This document shows, in pieces, positions 1-8,117 of a stretch of DNA of 64,000 bases (position 1 is its first letter; each line of letters starts with the position of its first letter). This DNA is from Candidatus Buchananbacteria bacterium (GTDB taxonomy: Bacteria > Patescibacteriota > Patescibacteriia > 2-01-FULL-39-33), in NCBI GenBank assembly GCA_030650095.1, contig JAUSEE010000033.1, positions 26,757-90,756 of the forward strand. The letters run 5' to 3'. The notes under the pieces were generated by a model. It worked only from the letters and a program-made list of their open reading frames with translations, had not been told where the DNA came from and ran no database searches. A program made the position numbers and the translations under genes.

Positions 1-222
1 GAAGATAATCTAAGGCGCAGGCCAATTGAAGATATTTGGCATGATCCCAATCTCTTTGCTTATAATCGGCAATTTAAAGAGGCAGATTTAAATTCGGAGT
101 GTCAGAAATGCGAGGAAAAGGAAATTTGCCGCGGCGGTTGCAATTCCCAGTCATTTTCCATGACGGGCCGGTTTAATTGTTCGCCGTTTTGTTTTTTAAA
201 GGCAGTCAAAGGCAGTAGTTGA
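1..222 (+). CDS. Radical SAM/SPASM-domain protein, C-terminal fragment (5' end outside the window)
   Basis: Frame 1 is open from base 1 to TGA at 220-222. Translation ends ...SECQKCEEKEICRGGCNSQSFSMTGRFNCSPFCF, a Cys pattern (CxxCx5CxGGC, then more Cys) typical of SPASM/twitch auxiliary Fe-S domains. Confidence 0.45.
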   Translation, partial: EDNLRRRPIEDIWHDPNLFAYNRQFKEADLNSECQKCEEKEICRGGCNSQSFSMTGRFNCSPFCFLKAVKGSS

Positions 223-247
223 TACTGTTAAGAAAGGTGAGACTAAA

Positions 248-682
248 ATGATATCGTGTGAAAAGCTTGAAGGAGCAGAGGAAGGTGATTTGGTGTTAGT
301 TCTGCGCCATCTTAAACTGGCTAGCGATCAGGGAGACGGGCCAACTTTTATGGTTTTGGCGCGCATGGTTAAGTGGCATAAAAAGTATGCGATGAGTGGC
401 GATAGTCGTTACATGTTTGTGCGCGATCTCATTGTTTTATTGCCAGGATCATCCCTTAGATCTTTTCCTCAAATGTTTGATGATATTTCCGGCAGCGAAT
501 ATGTTTTTAGAAAGTATTGGTCTCCACCGATAACCCACGAATTATATATCCGCGATGATGAATATGTTCTGGGGCAAGAGAAAATTTTGGAGAAACTGGA
601 GAGTAATCCTTATTATGCGGCTCACGCGGCTACCATCAGAGCTTTGCTGGCTAAAGAACAAGCCACTGTTTTAGTTAAGTAG
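248..682 (+). CDS. Hypothetical protein (144 aa)
   Basis: Complete ORF directly downstream of the SPASM fragment; no recognisable motif. Confidence 0.4.
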   Translation: MISCEKLEGAEEGDLVLVLRHLKLASDQGDGPTFMVLARMVKWHKKYAMSGDSRYMFVRDLIVLLPGSSLRSFPQMFDDISGSEYVFRKYWSPPITHELYIRDDEYVLGQEKILEKLESNPYYAAHAATIRALLAKEQATVLVK

Positions 683-742
683 CTATCATTTTATGGTTAA
701 TAGTTAAAGCAGATCTGGAAAACCAGAAAGGTGGTGAGATAG

Positions 743-940
743 ATGAAAAAAATAAAGCCGTTGCCATCAGATCAATTTTCTGATGATCAATTCAAAACTC
801 CTACTAATGAAGAACTAATGGAGGAGTTGGAAAGATTGAGGCAGGAAGTAGAAAAGCTTAAAAGGTTGAATAAACCGAAGCCGAATCGGCCTTTTGGTCC
901 AGGCAGATTAATCAAGTATGCTCCTATTAAACCCAGATAA
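743..940 (+). CDS. Hypothetical small protein with coiled-coil (65 aa)
   Basis: ORF preceded by GGTGGTGAG (RBS-like); charged heptad-like segment EELMEELERLRQEVEKLKRL; terminator-like hairpin agaccgc...gcggtct follows. Confidence 0.35.
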   Translation: MKKIKPLPSDQFSDDQFKTPTNEELMEELERLRQEVEKLKRLNKPKPNRPFGPGRLIKYAPIKPR

Positions 941-1048
941 TTAACTAATAGATTTCAAAACAACAACAGCGCTTTTTTAAACAGTCAGACCGCTTTATAA
1001 CAAGGCGGTCTTATTTTATACTGAGTTTAAATTAACTCGGTTTTTTAT

Positions 1049-2179
1049 TTAGATATAATATCTAGGCAAGCTTTCTCGCAGCCTGGTAATAATTTCATAA
1101 TTGATAGTATCGGCCCAAATAGCTAATTGCTCTACAGTTATTTGTTCATTATCTTGTCGGCCGATTAAGACCACCTCATCACCGCTCGATATTTGGCCAC
1201 AATCAGTGATATCAATAATAGTAATATTCATACAAACTCGTCCCAAGATAGGCGCTCTCTGGCCACTTACTAGAGCATAGCCTTTGTTGCTCAATTTCCT
1301 ATCATAACCGTCGTAGTAGCCAACCGGAATCGTGGCTATAGTTGAAGGACGGCTGGTGGTATAAGCGCAGCCATAACCGACAAAACTGTTGGCCAGTATT
1401 TTTTTTATTTGGCCGATTATGGTTTTAAATGCCAAAGCCGGCTTTAAATTTATTCCTTTAGCTTTGGCTATCTCGGCTACTTCGCTACTGGGATAGTAAC
1501 CATAAGCAGAAATGCCCGGTCTGACTAAATTGGAAATGTGATTATCGTATACTAAGAGGGAAGCACTTTTATCGCAATGGATTATCAAATCATGGTTTGT
1601 GATATTTTTTATTTTAGAAACTATGCTAGTAAATTTTTCCAGTTGCTCATTAAAGTATGATGGGTTAGACGGCTCAGCGGAATTGGCAAAGTGAGTGGCC
1701 AAGCCCTCAATTTTAATATGAGGCAGATCGTTTATTTTTTTAGCCAATTCTTCCGCTTCCATCATTAAAACTCCATGCCGGTGCATGCCGGTGTCTATTT
1801 TCAAATGAATGTTGGCGATTTTATTTTTTGTTTGTCCTATTTTTGATAATTTTTCAGCGTAGTCAAAACTGCTGATGAATAATCTTAAATCCAGATCAAA
1901 AATCCGTTCTAATTCGTATTCGGCGACATGGCCGATAACTAAAATCGGCTGACCAAGGTCGGCTTGCCTGATTTTTTCCGCCTCTTCAATGGAATTAACC
2001 GACAGCCAATCGGCTCCGCCGCTTATAAATATTTTAGCTGTTTCAACTAGGCCATGTCCGTAGGCATTGGCTTTGATGCAAGGCGAAATAATAGCTTCTG
2101 GACAGGTTATTTGCCTGATTGTTTTAAGGTTGCTGATTAAATTATTTTTGGAAATTTCAATCCAGGAAAGGTTATTCAT
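1049..2179 (-). CDS. alr: Alanine racemase
   Basis: 376 aa; N-terminal PLP-lysine motif CIKANAYGHG (alanine racemase signature V/I-K-A-N-A-Y-G-H-G); overall length and C-terminal beta-domain pattern typical. Confidence 0.9.
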   Translation of the reverse strand: MNNLSWIEISKNNLISNLKTIRQITCPEAIISPCIKANAYGHGLVETAKIFISGGADWLSVNSIEEAEKIRQADLGQPILVIGHVAEYELERIFDLDLRLFISSFDYAEKLSKIGQTKNKIANIHLKIDTGMHRHGVLMMEAEELAKKINDLPHIKIEGLATHFANSAEPSNPSYFNEQLEKFTSIVSKIKNITNHDLIIHCDKSASLLVYDNHISNLVRPGISAYGYYPSSEVAEIAKAKGINLKPALAFKTIIGQIKKILANSFVGYGCAYTTSRPSTIATIPVGYYDGYDRKLSNKGYALVSGQRAPILGRVCMNITIIDITDCGQISSGDEVVLIGRQDNEQITVEQLAIWADTINYEIITRLRESLPRYYI

Positions 2180-2331
2180 TTTTGTTTGTATTTATTTGAT
2201 TTATTTTAATAGTAAACATCTTACTCCAATAAGCTAAAAAATCAATAATTTAAAACCACAGCTTTTTTATGGCTTAAAAATGAAAAAACCAAAATTCAAA
2301 AAATGAATTAAGGCCTGGTAAAAATATTAAA

Positions 2332-2847
2332 TTAAGTTTCCGAAAATAACCGGTTGATAAGCACCCCGGCAAAATAACTGACCACAATAACTATTGAAGC
2401 AATAAACAAATGTTCCGCTATTATGCCCAGCGGTTTTCTTTTTTGCGATTTGGCTATCATCAAGCTGATGATTGTTAAAAGAAATACGCCCCAAAGGCAG
2501 TTAATAATCACAGCCGATTTGATGTCTACTAAAATCACCGGCAAAATAAAAGTGATGGCAAAAAGAAATTTGGAGGCTAAAGTGGCAATAGTTGTTTGCC
2601 AGATTTCTTTTTGCTTGTCACCGTCTTTGGATTCCTCGGAAATGTGCATGCCCAAAGCATCGGAAAAGGCGTCGGCAATGGCGATGGTGAGTATGCCGCC
2701 CAAAACAGCTAATTTGGAACCAGTGCCTGCTAATAAGCCGATCATTAAGCCTAGGGTGGTAATGACAGCCGAAGTCAATCCAAAATTAAGCCCTGATTTG
2801 AAAGGATTTATTGATCCCTTTTTGGTTTTACGCTTTGACCAAACCAT
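2332..2847 (-). CDS. VIT1/CCC1-family (DUF125-like) membrane protein, putative Fe/Mn transporter
   Basis: 171 aa, ~5 TM helices; Gly-rich helix GLMIGLLAGTG and acidic loop ADAFSDALGMHISEESKD resemble the VIT family short form. Confidence 0.5.
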   Translation of the reverse strand: MVWSKRKTKKGSINPFKSGLNFGLTSAVITTLGLMIGLLAGTGSKLAVLGGILTIAIADAFSDALGMHISEESKDGDKQKEIWQTTIATLASKFLFAITFILPVILVDIKSAVIINCLWGVFLLTIISLMIAKSQKRKPLGIIAEHLFIASIVIVVSYFAGVLINRLFSET

Positions 2848-2913
2848 AGTTTTGATATTATACTTTCTAAGTATGGATATAGTTGTATTTTACCATAAAA
2901 TATAAAAAAATAC

Positions 2914-4059
2914 ATGAATAAAAAAGTAGCTATTGTAGTCTGCGCTTTTCCGCCCCAAGGCGGCGGCATTGGCAATAATGCTTATTATCATTTGCGGGAA
3001 TTAAAAAAAATCGGCTATGAAGCCAAGGTATTCACTCCCAAGTATAAGGATATAAAAAATATAAGCGGTGGAGATGTTGAATATTTGTCGGTTGTCTGGG
3101 CAGTGGGCAAAGCCGGATTTTTATTTTCACTATATAACAGATTAAAAGGATTTGATGTTATTCATTTGTATTATCCTTTTTTTGGCACAGATTTGATAGT
3201 GCTGATTTTTAAATTTTTCCATCCGCATAAGAAACTGGTTTTGCATTATCAAATGGACCCCATTGGTTACGGCTATAGGAAATTTATTTTTAAATTACAC
3301 CTAAAATTATTTTTGCCCTTTCTGATAATAATGAGTGAGAAAATAATCATGCTTTCCAAAGACAATGCCCAGCATAGCTACTTGAGAGGCTATATTAAAA
3401 AGTATAAAAATAAATTTGTCGCCATTTCTAATGGCGTTGATGCCACCGTTTTCAAACCGGCGTCTAAAAATTGGCAACTGGCAGAGCAATATCATATTTC
3501 AGAAAACGATCAAGTGATAGTTTTTGCCGGCGGCTTGGATGACCAGCATTTTTTTAAGGGCGTTGATGTTTTGCTAAAATCTTTTGCTCTCGTATCTCAA
3601 AAAAATAACAATGCCAAATTGATGGTTATCGGCGGTGGCAACAGAAGAAATTATTATGAAAAATTAGCTCAAGATCTTAATCTCTCAGAAAAAGTTATAT
3701 TCACCGGTTGGATAAATAACGAGGCTTTGCCGGATTATTATAACTTGGGAGATATTTTTGTTTTGCCTTCCACTGAAAAGACCGAAAGCTTTGGCATTGT
3801 TATAGCCGAAGCGCAAGCTTGCGGACTTCCGGCTCTAGTTTCCAATTGGCCGGGCAGCCGCTTGACCATAGAAGACAATAAAACCGGTTTTTTAGTAGAA
3901 CCAAAAAATGAACAAGACTTGTCAGAAAAAATAATTAAGCTGCTTAACGATGATGATTTAAGGAAAAAAATGAGCCAGAGCGCATCACTGCGAGCTAGGG
4001 AGAAATATTCTTGGGATTATGTTACTCTTAAAATAGATTCTCTTTATAAAGATTTATGA
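2914..4059 (+). CDS. Glycosyltransferase family 4 (GT-B, GT1/GT4 type)
   Basis: 381 aa; C-terminal GT4 signature ...ESFGIVIAEAQACGLPALVSNWPGS...; N-terminal GGG motif. Confidence 0.8.
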   Translation: MNKKVAIVVCAFPPQGGGIGNNAYYHLRELKKIGYEAKVFTPKYKDIKNISGGDVEYLSVVWAVGKAGFLFSLYNRLKGFDVIHLYYPFFGTDLIVLIFKFFHPHKKLVLHYQMDPIGYGYRKFIFKLHLKLFLPFLIIMSEKIIMLSKDNAQHSYLRGYIKKYKNKFVAISNGVDATVFKPASKNWQLAEQYHISENDQVIVFAGGLDDQHFFKGVDVLLKSFALVSQKNNNAKLMVIGGGNRRNYYEKLAQDLNLSEKVIFTGWINNEALPDYYNLGDIFVLPSTEKTESFGIVIAEAQACGLPALVSNWPGSRLTIEDNKTGFLVEPKNEQDLSEKIIKLLNDDDLRKKMSQSASLRAREKYSWDYVTLKIDSLYKDL

Positions 4060-4439
4060 AAAAAAATAATTTGAAAACATTTTATATAATTGCCAGCTTG
4101 ATTTGGATGGTGGCTATTTTTTGGGAATCTTCTATTGGAGATTATTCTTCCGTGCCCGGAGTAAAAGAAGGCCACAATGATTTATTATCTTCCATTGTCC
4201 ACATACTCTCGTATTTAATATTGTGCTTTCTGCTCATTAAATCATTTGTAGCCAGCGGAGTAAAAAATCATAAGGCCATATTGTACGGTTTTATTATAAC
4301 TGTTTTCTATGGCGCTACCGATGAATGGCATCAGCTTTTTGTGCTGGGCCGGGAAGCTCATGTTAGCGATTGGCTTTTGGATGTTTCCGGGGCTATTATA
4401 ACGGTTTATTTTTACAAATATTTTTATAATATTAAATAG
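4056..4439 (+). CDS. VanZ-like family membrane protein
   Basis: 127 aa, 4 TM helices, conserved YGATDEWHQLFVLGREAHVSDWLLDVSGA (VanZ D-E-x-H-Q...R...D motif); start overlaps the upstream stop (operon). Confidence 0.65.
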   Translation: MKKNNLKTFYIIASLIWMVAIFWESSIGDYSSVPGVKEGHNDLLSSIVHILSYLILCFLLIKSFVASGVKNHKAILYGFIITVFYGATDEWHQLFVLGREAHVSDWLLDVSGAIITVYFYKYFYNIK

Positions 4440-4458
4440 CCTGGTTTACTTGAGTGGT

Positions 4459-4487
4459 TGACAGATTCTGATTTGTGTGCTATTATT
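4459..4487 (+). promoter_or_regulatory. Sigma-70-like promoter (TTGACA-17 nt-TATTAT)
   Basis: TTGACA at 4459-4464, 17-nt spacer, TATTAT at 4482-4487. Read directly from the sequence. Confidence 0.5.
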
Positions 4488-4499
4488 ATCAAAGACAAT

Positions 4500-4735
4500 T
4501 TAAACAAACCATCTTCAGAAAGGAGACGATTTTGATCAGGCATGCCAAGCCGTCGGAAAATTCAGAAGTCCTGTGCGGAGCCAGTGGTGGTAATTGGGTG
4601 TTTATCCATTATTTCAGTTCTTTGCCACAAGAGGATCAATGTCCCGATTGCGCTCAGGCGATCAAAGAGCACCACAATTGATATTTTATCTTCCAAGCCA
4701 GGCTGTTTAAGCTGGCTTTTTGTTTTGACTCCTTA
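4500..4735 (+). ncRNA. Candidate small RNA or riboswitch/attenuator-like leader (unclassified)
   Basis: ~235-nt unit bounded by a consensus promoter and an intrinsic terminator. The only ORFs overlap each other or run through the terminator. Contains an RNase-P-CR-II-like string GAAGUCCUGUGCGGAGCC, but overall identity is unproven. Confidence 0.3.
4695..4726 (+). terminator. Intrinsic terminator hairpin (AAGCCAG...CUGGCUU + U-run)
   Basis: 7-bp perfect stem with 10-nt loop followed by TTTTGTTTT, 35 nt upstream of the next gene start. Confidence 0.55.
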
Positions 4736-4760
4736 TAGCGCTTAGTTTTATAATCAAATT

Positions 4761-6023
4761 ATGTCGGAAAATAAAAAATCAGCCAAAGGCAATTTAGCCC
4801 TAGGCCAGAAAATAGCTGTTATAAATTCAATTTACCAGCCCTACACCCGTGGCGGCGCCGAGGTGGTGGCGGGGAATATTGTAAGTGGCCTAAAAAATCA
4901 GGGCCATGATGTTTTTGTTATATCTTTGGGGTATGAGAATAAACTAAATTATATTGACGAAGTTAAATCTTGTCAGATCAAGCCTTTTAATTTTTTTAAT
5001 TTTTTGGATATCAACTTCCAGCCGGTTTGGCTTCGTTTTCTTTGGCATCCTCTTGATATGTTTAACGGTGTCCAAACTTGGCGTGTTTATAGGATTTTAC
5101 ATAAAGAAAAACCTGATTTGATTCTCACCCATAATTTGAAGGGGCTGGGCTATCTTCTTCCTTGGCTGATAAGAATGATGAAAATAAAGCACATCCACAG
5201 CATTCATGACATGCAACTTATTCATCCCTCCGGGCTTTTAAAAGAAGATGAAAAAATTAATTTTTTAGTGGCAATTTACTCTTGGCTCAACAAGCGATTA
5301 TTTAATAAGGTTGAATATGTTATTTTTCCTTCAAAGTATATAAAATCAATTTATGATAGATATAATTTTTTTAGCCAGGCTAATAAACTAGTCTTGGGGA
5401 ATCCGGTTATTATCCACCCCTTACCAAGGGGAGGGCGGGGAGGGGTTGCCGAAAGCATCGGTCAACCACCCCTTGCCACTCTTTGTAAAGAAGGGGATTT
5501 TCAAATTATTTTTTTAGGCCAAGTAGAGGAGTATAAGGGCATCTTTGATTTGATTGAAGCAGTCAAAAAAATAAAATCAAATTTTACCCTTCACATTGTG
5601 GGAGACGGTTCGGCTTTAGCTAGAGCTAAGGATGAAACCAAAGACGACGCTAGATTTAAGTTCCATGGGCGCTTATCTCACTCTGAATTGAAAGAAAAAA
5701 TTTGGCCCAATATTGATCTTTTGATAAATCCAACCAAAGTGGCGGAAAGTTTCGGTTTGGTTATTGTGGAAGCCTGGGTGTATCGCGTGCCGTCATTGGC
5801 TTCCAATATCGGAGCTATCCCCGAATTGATAGATGACGGCCAAACCGGCTGGCTGTTTGAATCTGGTGATATAGACGATCTTAGTAGCAAGATTAAAATC
5901 ATTTCCGACAATATTTGCGGCTTTCAAGCCATTGGCCTTTTAGGCCGGGAAAAAGCTAAGGAATTTAATATTGATAATTATTTGAACAGGCTGGAGGAAT
6001 TTGCTAAGATAAAACCAATTTAA
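4761..6023 (+). CDS. Glycosyltransferase family 4
   Basis: 420 aa; C-terminal ...ESFGLVIVEAWVYRVPSLASNIGAIPELIDDGQTGWLFESGDIDDL (GT4 E-x7-E region). Contains an unusual GC-rich in-frame segment (RGGRGGVAESIGQPPLA). Confidence 0.75.
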   Translation: MSENKKSAKGNLALGQKIAVINSIYQPYTRGGAEVVAGNIVSGLKNQGHDVFVISLGYENKLNYIDEVKSCQIKPFNFFNFLDINFQPVWLRFLWHPLDMFNGVQTWRVYRILHKEKPDLILTHNLKGLGYLLPWLIRMMKIKHIHSIHDMQLIHPSGLLKEDEKINFLVAIYSWLNKRLFNKVEYVIFPSKYIKSIYDRYNFFSQANKLVLGNPVIIHPLPRGGRGGVAESIGQPPLATLCKEGDFQIIFLGQVEEYKGIFDLIEAVKKIKSNFTLHIVGDGSALARAKDETKDDARFKFHGRLSHSELKEKIWPNIDLLINPTKVAESFGLVIVEAWVYRVPSLASNIGAIPELIDDGQTGWLFESGDIDDLSSKIKIISDNICGFQAIGLLGREKAKEFNIDNYLNRLEEFAKIKPI

Positions 6024-6166
6024 AAATGAACCCGTCCCCGCTCTAAAGAGCGGGGTATCTGGGCGGTTTCAAATGGAGGGTGTCGGCTCCGCCGACGTAT
6101 TTCTCCTCACACTGCCCTTCATCCCCTGGCTTAAAAGCCAGGGGTATTCGGGCAGCAACATTATAA
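6024..6166 (+). repeat. GC-rich three-hairpin intergenic repeat element, copy 1 (full length)
   Basis: Starts 1 nt after the stop of the 4761..6023 CDS. Hairpins ccccgctctaaagagcgggg, gtcggctccgccgac, cccctggcttaaaagccagggg. Near-identical reverse-complement copy at 55767-55912; short copy at 14996-15049. Confidence 0.8.
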
Positions 6167-6295
6167 ATTTAAATTATAGGAAAAATATTTTGGTGGTTTT
6201 AATTTCTATTGACGTATTATTCTATTTTTGCTAACATAATAAATAAGTCAATTTTAGGTGCATTATGATTGGTTGTAAACAACTGGAGAAAGGCC

Positions 6296-6499
6296 ATGAG
6301 TAAAGACAAAAACAAGATTAAGATTGGCACTTTGGTGAGCAACAATATCAGAGGCGAGGACTGGGATATTGGCAAGGTTATCGGGATGGAAAATTTGGAA
6401 TTAAGCGTCGGGCCGGTTCTGATTATTAGGGATGTTAGGACTGACAGGAAATACAGGGCGTTGGCGACGAATGTCTCCAAGTTAGTAGCAGAGCCATAG
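6296..6499 (+). CDS. Hypothetical small protein (67 aa; ORF track frame 6269..6499)
   Basis: ATG at 6296 is preceded by GGAGAAAGG (RBS). Followed by a hairpin + T-run terminator at ~6519-6547. Confidence 0.35.
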   Translation: MSKDKNKIKIGTLVSNNIRGEDWDIGKVIGMENLELSVGPVLIIRDVRTDRKYRALATNVSKLVAEP

Positions 6500-6518
6500 T
6501 TAAGAGAAGAGTTCTTTG

Positions 6519-6547
6519 TAAACGGTCAGAAATGGCCGTTTTTTTGT
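6519..6547 (+). terminator. Intrinsic terminator
   Basis: aaacgg...ccgttttttt hairpin plus T-run after the small ORF. Confidence 0.45.
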
Positions 6548-6601
6548 CGTTTGATATTTTGATATATTTCAGTTACAATAATTGTAATTCAACAAGTAAA
6601 T

Positions 6602-7690
6602 ATGGAAATTTTTTTAATTACTCTCGTGTTGATTTTACTGGCAATTATAATTGCTATGTTTTTAGTCTTCAATCGGAAGCTGTCAATGTTATCTAAACCG
6701 GCTGATGATAAATTGAATTTATTGTTGTTTGAACGTATTAAGGAATTAAACCAAACAATGGATTCCAGTCTCAAGGGTTTGAATCAAACGGTGGACAGCA
6801 AACTGGCCCAGTCCACTCAGCAGATGCAATCGCAATTCAACCAGAGCATCAGCATCGTCAAAGGTATTACGGAAAAGATGACAGAGCTTCAGGAGACCAA
6901 CAAGCAAGTGATGGGTTTTTCGGCCCAGCTTAAAAATCTGGAGAAAGTCTTGACGAGTCAGAAACAGCGTGGCAATTTAGGCGAGGCGGCCTTGCAATTG
7001 GTCTTGGAAAATATCTTGCCGCCGACATCATTTATGTTGCAATACAAGTTTGACGATGGCGACATCGTGGATGCAGTCATCAAGACCAAGGACGGCCTTA
7101 TCCCAGTGGATGCCAAGTTTTCTCTGGATAATTATAATCGCGTCATCAATGAAGATGACGAGGAAAAGCGCCTGGTTTATGAAAAAGAATTCAAGAATGA
7201 TCTGAAGAAGAGAATAGATGAAACCAGCAAGTATATAAAGCCGAGTAAGGGGACGATGGATTTCGCTTTTATGTTTATTCCCGCCGAGGCGATTTATTAT
7301 GATTTGCTGGTCAATGAAGTCGGCGCTATAAAAATAAATACCAGAAGTTTAATTGATTATGCGTTCAAAGAAAAACGAGTCATTATTGTGTCGCCCACGA
7401 CTTTCGCCGCTTATTTGCAAACTGTTTTGCAAGGGCTACGCGCGCTTAAAATAGAAGAGCAGACCAAACAGATTACCAAATGGGTGGAGATGCTGCAGAA
7501 ACACATTTCGGCTTATGATGATTATTTTAAGAAATTGGGCAACAGCTTAAATACAACTGTTAATGCCTATAATACTGCCGACAAAGAATTTAAGAAAATA
7601 GACAAAGACGTAGTTAAGATTACCGGTGTCGAAGGCGTTATCGAACCCCTGCAACTGGATGGGCCGAAGAAGGTTGATTCTAATGATTAA
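6602..7690 (+). CDS. rmuC: DNA recombination protein RmuC
   Basis: 362 aa; N-terminal TM helix, long coiled-coil, C-terminal RmuC nuclease-like core (IPVDAKFSLDNY, FMFIPAEAIYYDLL, VSPTTFAAYLQTV). Confidence 0.8.
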   Translation: MEIFLITLVLILLAIIIAMFLVFNRKLSMLSKPADDKLNLLLFERIKELNQTMDSSLKGLNQTVDSKLAQSTQQMQSQFNQSISIVKGITEKMTELQETNKQVMGFSAQLKNLEKVLTSQKQRGNLGEAALQLVLENILPPTSFMLQYKFDDGDIVDAVIKTKDGLIPVDAKFSLDNYNRVINEDDEEKRLVYEKEFKNDLKKRIDETSKYIKPSKGTMDFAFMFIPAEAIYYDLLVNEVGAIKINTRSLIDYAFKEKRVIIVSPTTFAAYLQTVLQGLRALKIEEQTKQITKWVEMLQKHISAYDDYFKKLGNSLNTTVNAYNTADKEFKKIDKDVVKITGVEGVIEPLQLDGPKKVDSND

Positions 7691-7757
7691 ATAAAACAAA
7701 TCTTATTTTTAATTTCGTTTGATTTAAAGTATAATCAAATCAATTAATCCCCAATTT

Positions 7758-8117
7758 ATGGATTACGCTAAACAATTTTTAGGCAAGACTGTTTCGGCCA
7801 AGATAGATAGGCCAATGGGCTCCCGCCATCCCAAACATGGTTTTGTCTATATGGTTAACTATGGTTTCATACCAGAAACCAAAGCGCCCGATGGCGAAGA
7901 GGTGGATGCTTATGTTTTGGGAGTTTTTGAGCCGCAGGATATGTTTACCGGTCGGTGCATTGCTATCATCCATAGAACCAATGATAATGATGACAAGGTG
8001 ATTATCGCTCCCGAGGGCGTGGACTACAGCGACAAACAAATAATGGCCTTAACCGAATTCCAAGAACGATTTTTTAAATCCAAAGTTATAAAAAGATCAA
8101 TAAGAATGATTAAATGA
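7758..8117 (+). CDS. Inorganic pyrophosphatase-like protein (family I fold, short/divergent)
   Basis: 119 aa; NYGFIPETKAPDGEEVDAYVLG aligns to the family I PPase core P-NYGFIP-T...DGDPLDVLV, but two Asp of D-x-D-P-x-D are replaced (DGEEVD). N-terminus is shortened. Confidence 0.5.
   Translation: MDYAKQFLGKTVSAKIDRPMGSRHPKHGFVYMVNYGFIPETKAPDGEEVDAYVLGVFEPQDMFTGRCIAIIHRTNDNDDKVIIAPEGVDYSDKQIMALTEFQERFFKSKVIKRSIRMIK

Noticed and set aside
2423-2905. 160-aa + strand ORF
   Set aside because: Lies antisense and fully inside the VIT-family membrane protein gene (2332..2847), whose TM pattern is convincing. The translated product is low complexity.
4500-4735. Confident call of RNase P RNA
   Set aside because: Only a partial CR-II-like string and a possible P4 partner were seen. 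The 3' partner overlaps the terminator stem and the unit is shorter than typical bacterial RNase P RNAs. Kept only as a low-confidence candidate.
4475-4745. Two overlapping 67-68 aa ORFs (4475..4681, 4542..4745)
   Set aside because: They overlap each other in different frames, one starts inside the promoter spacer, and the other reads through the intrinsic terminator. The region is better explained as a noncoding or leader unit; a 50-aa TTG-initiated leader peptide remains possible.
6217-6480. 87-aa minus-strand ORF
   Set aside because: Overlaps the RBS-preceded + strand small ORF and the promoter region. Hydrophobic low-complexity translation is typical of AT-rich antisense frames.
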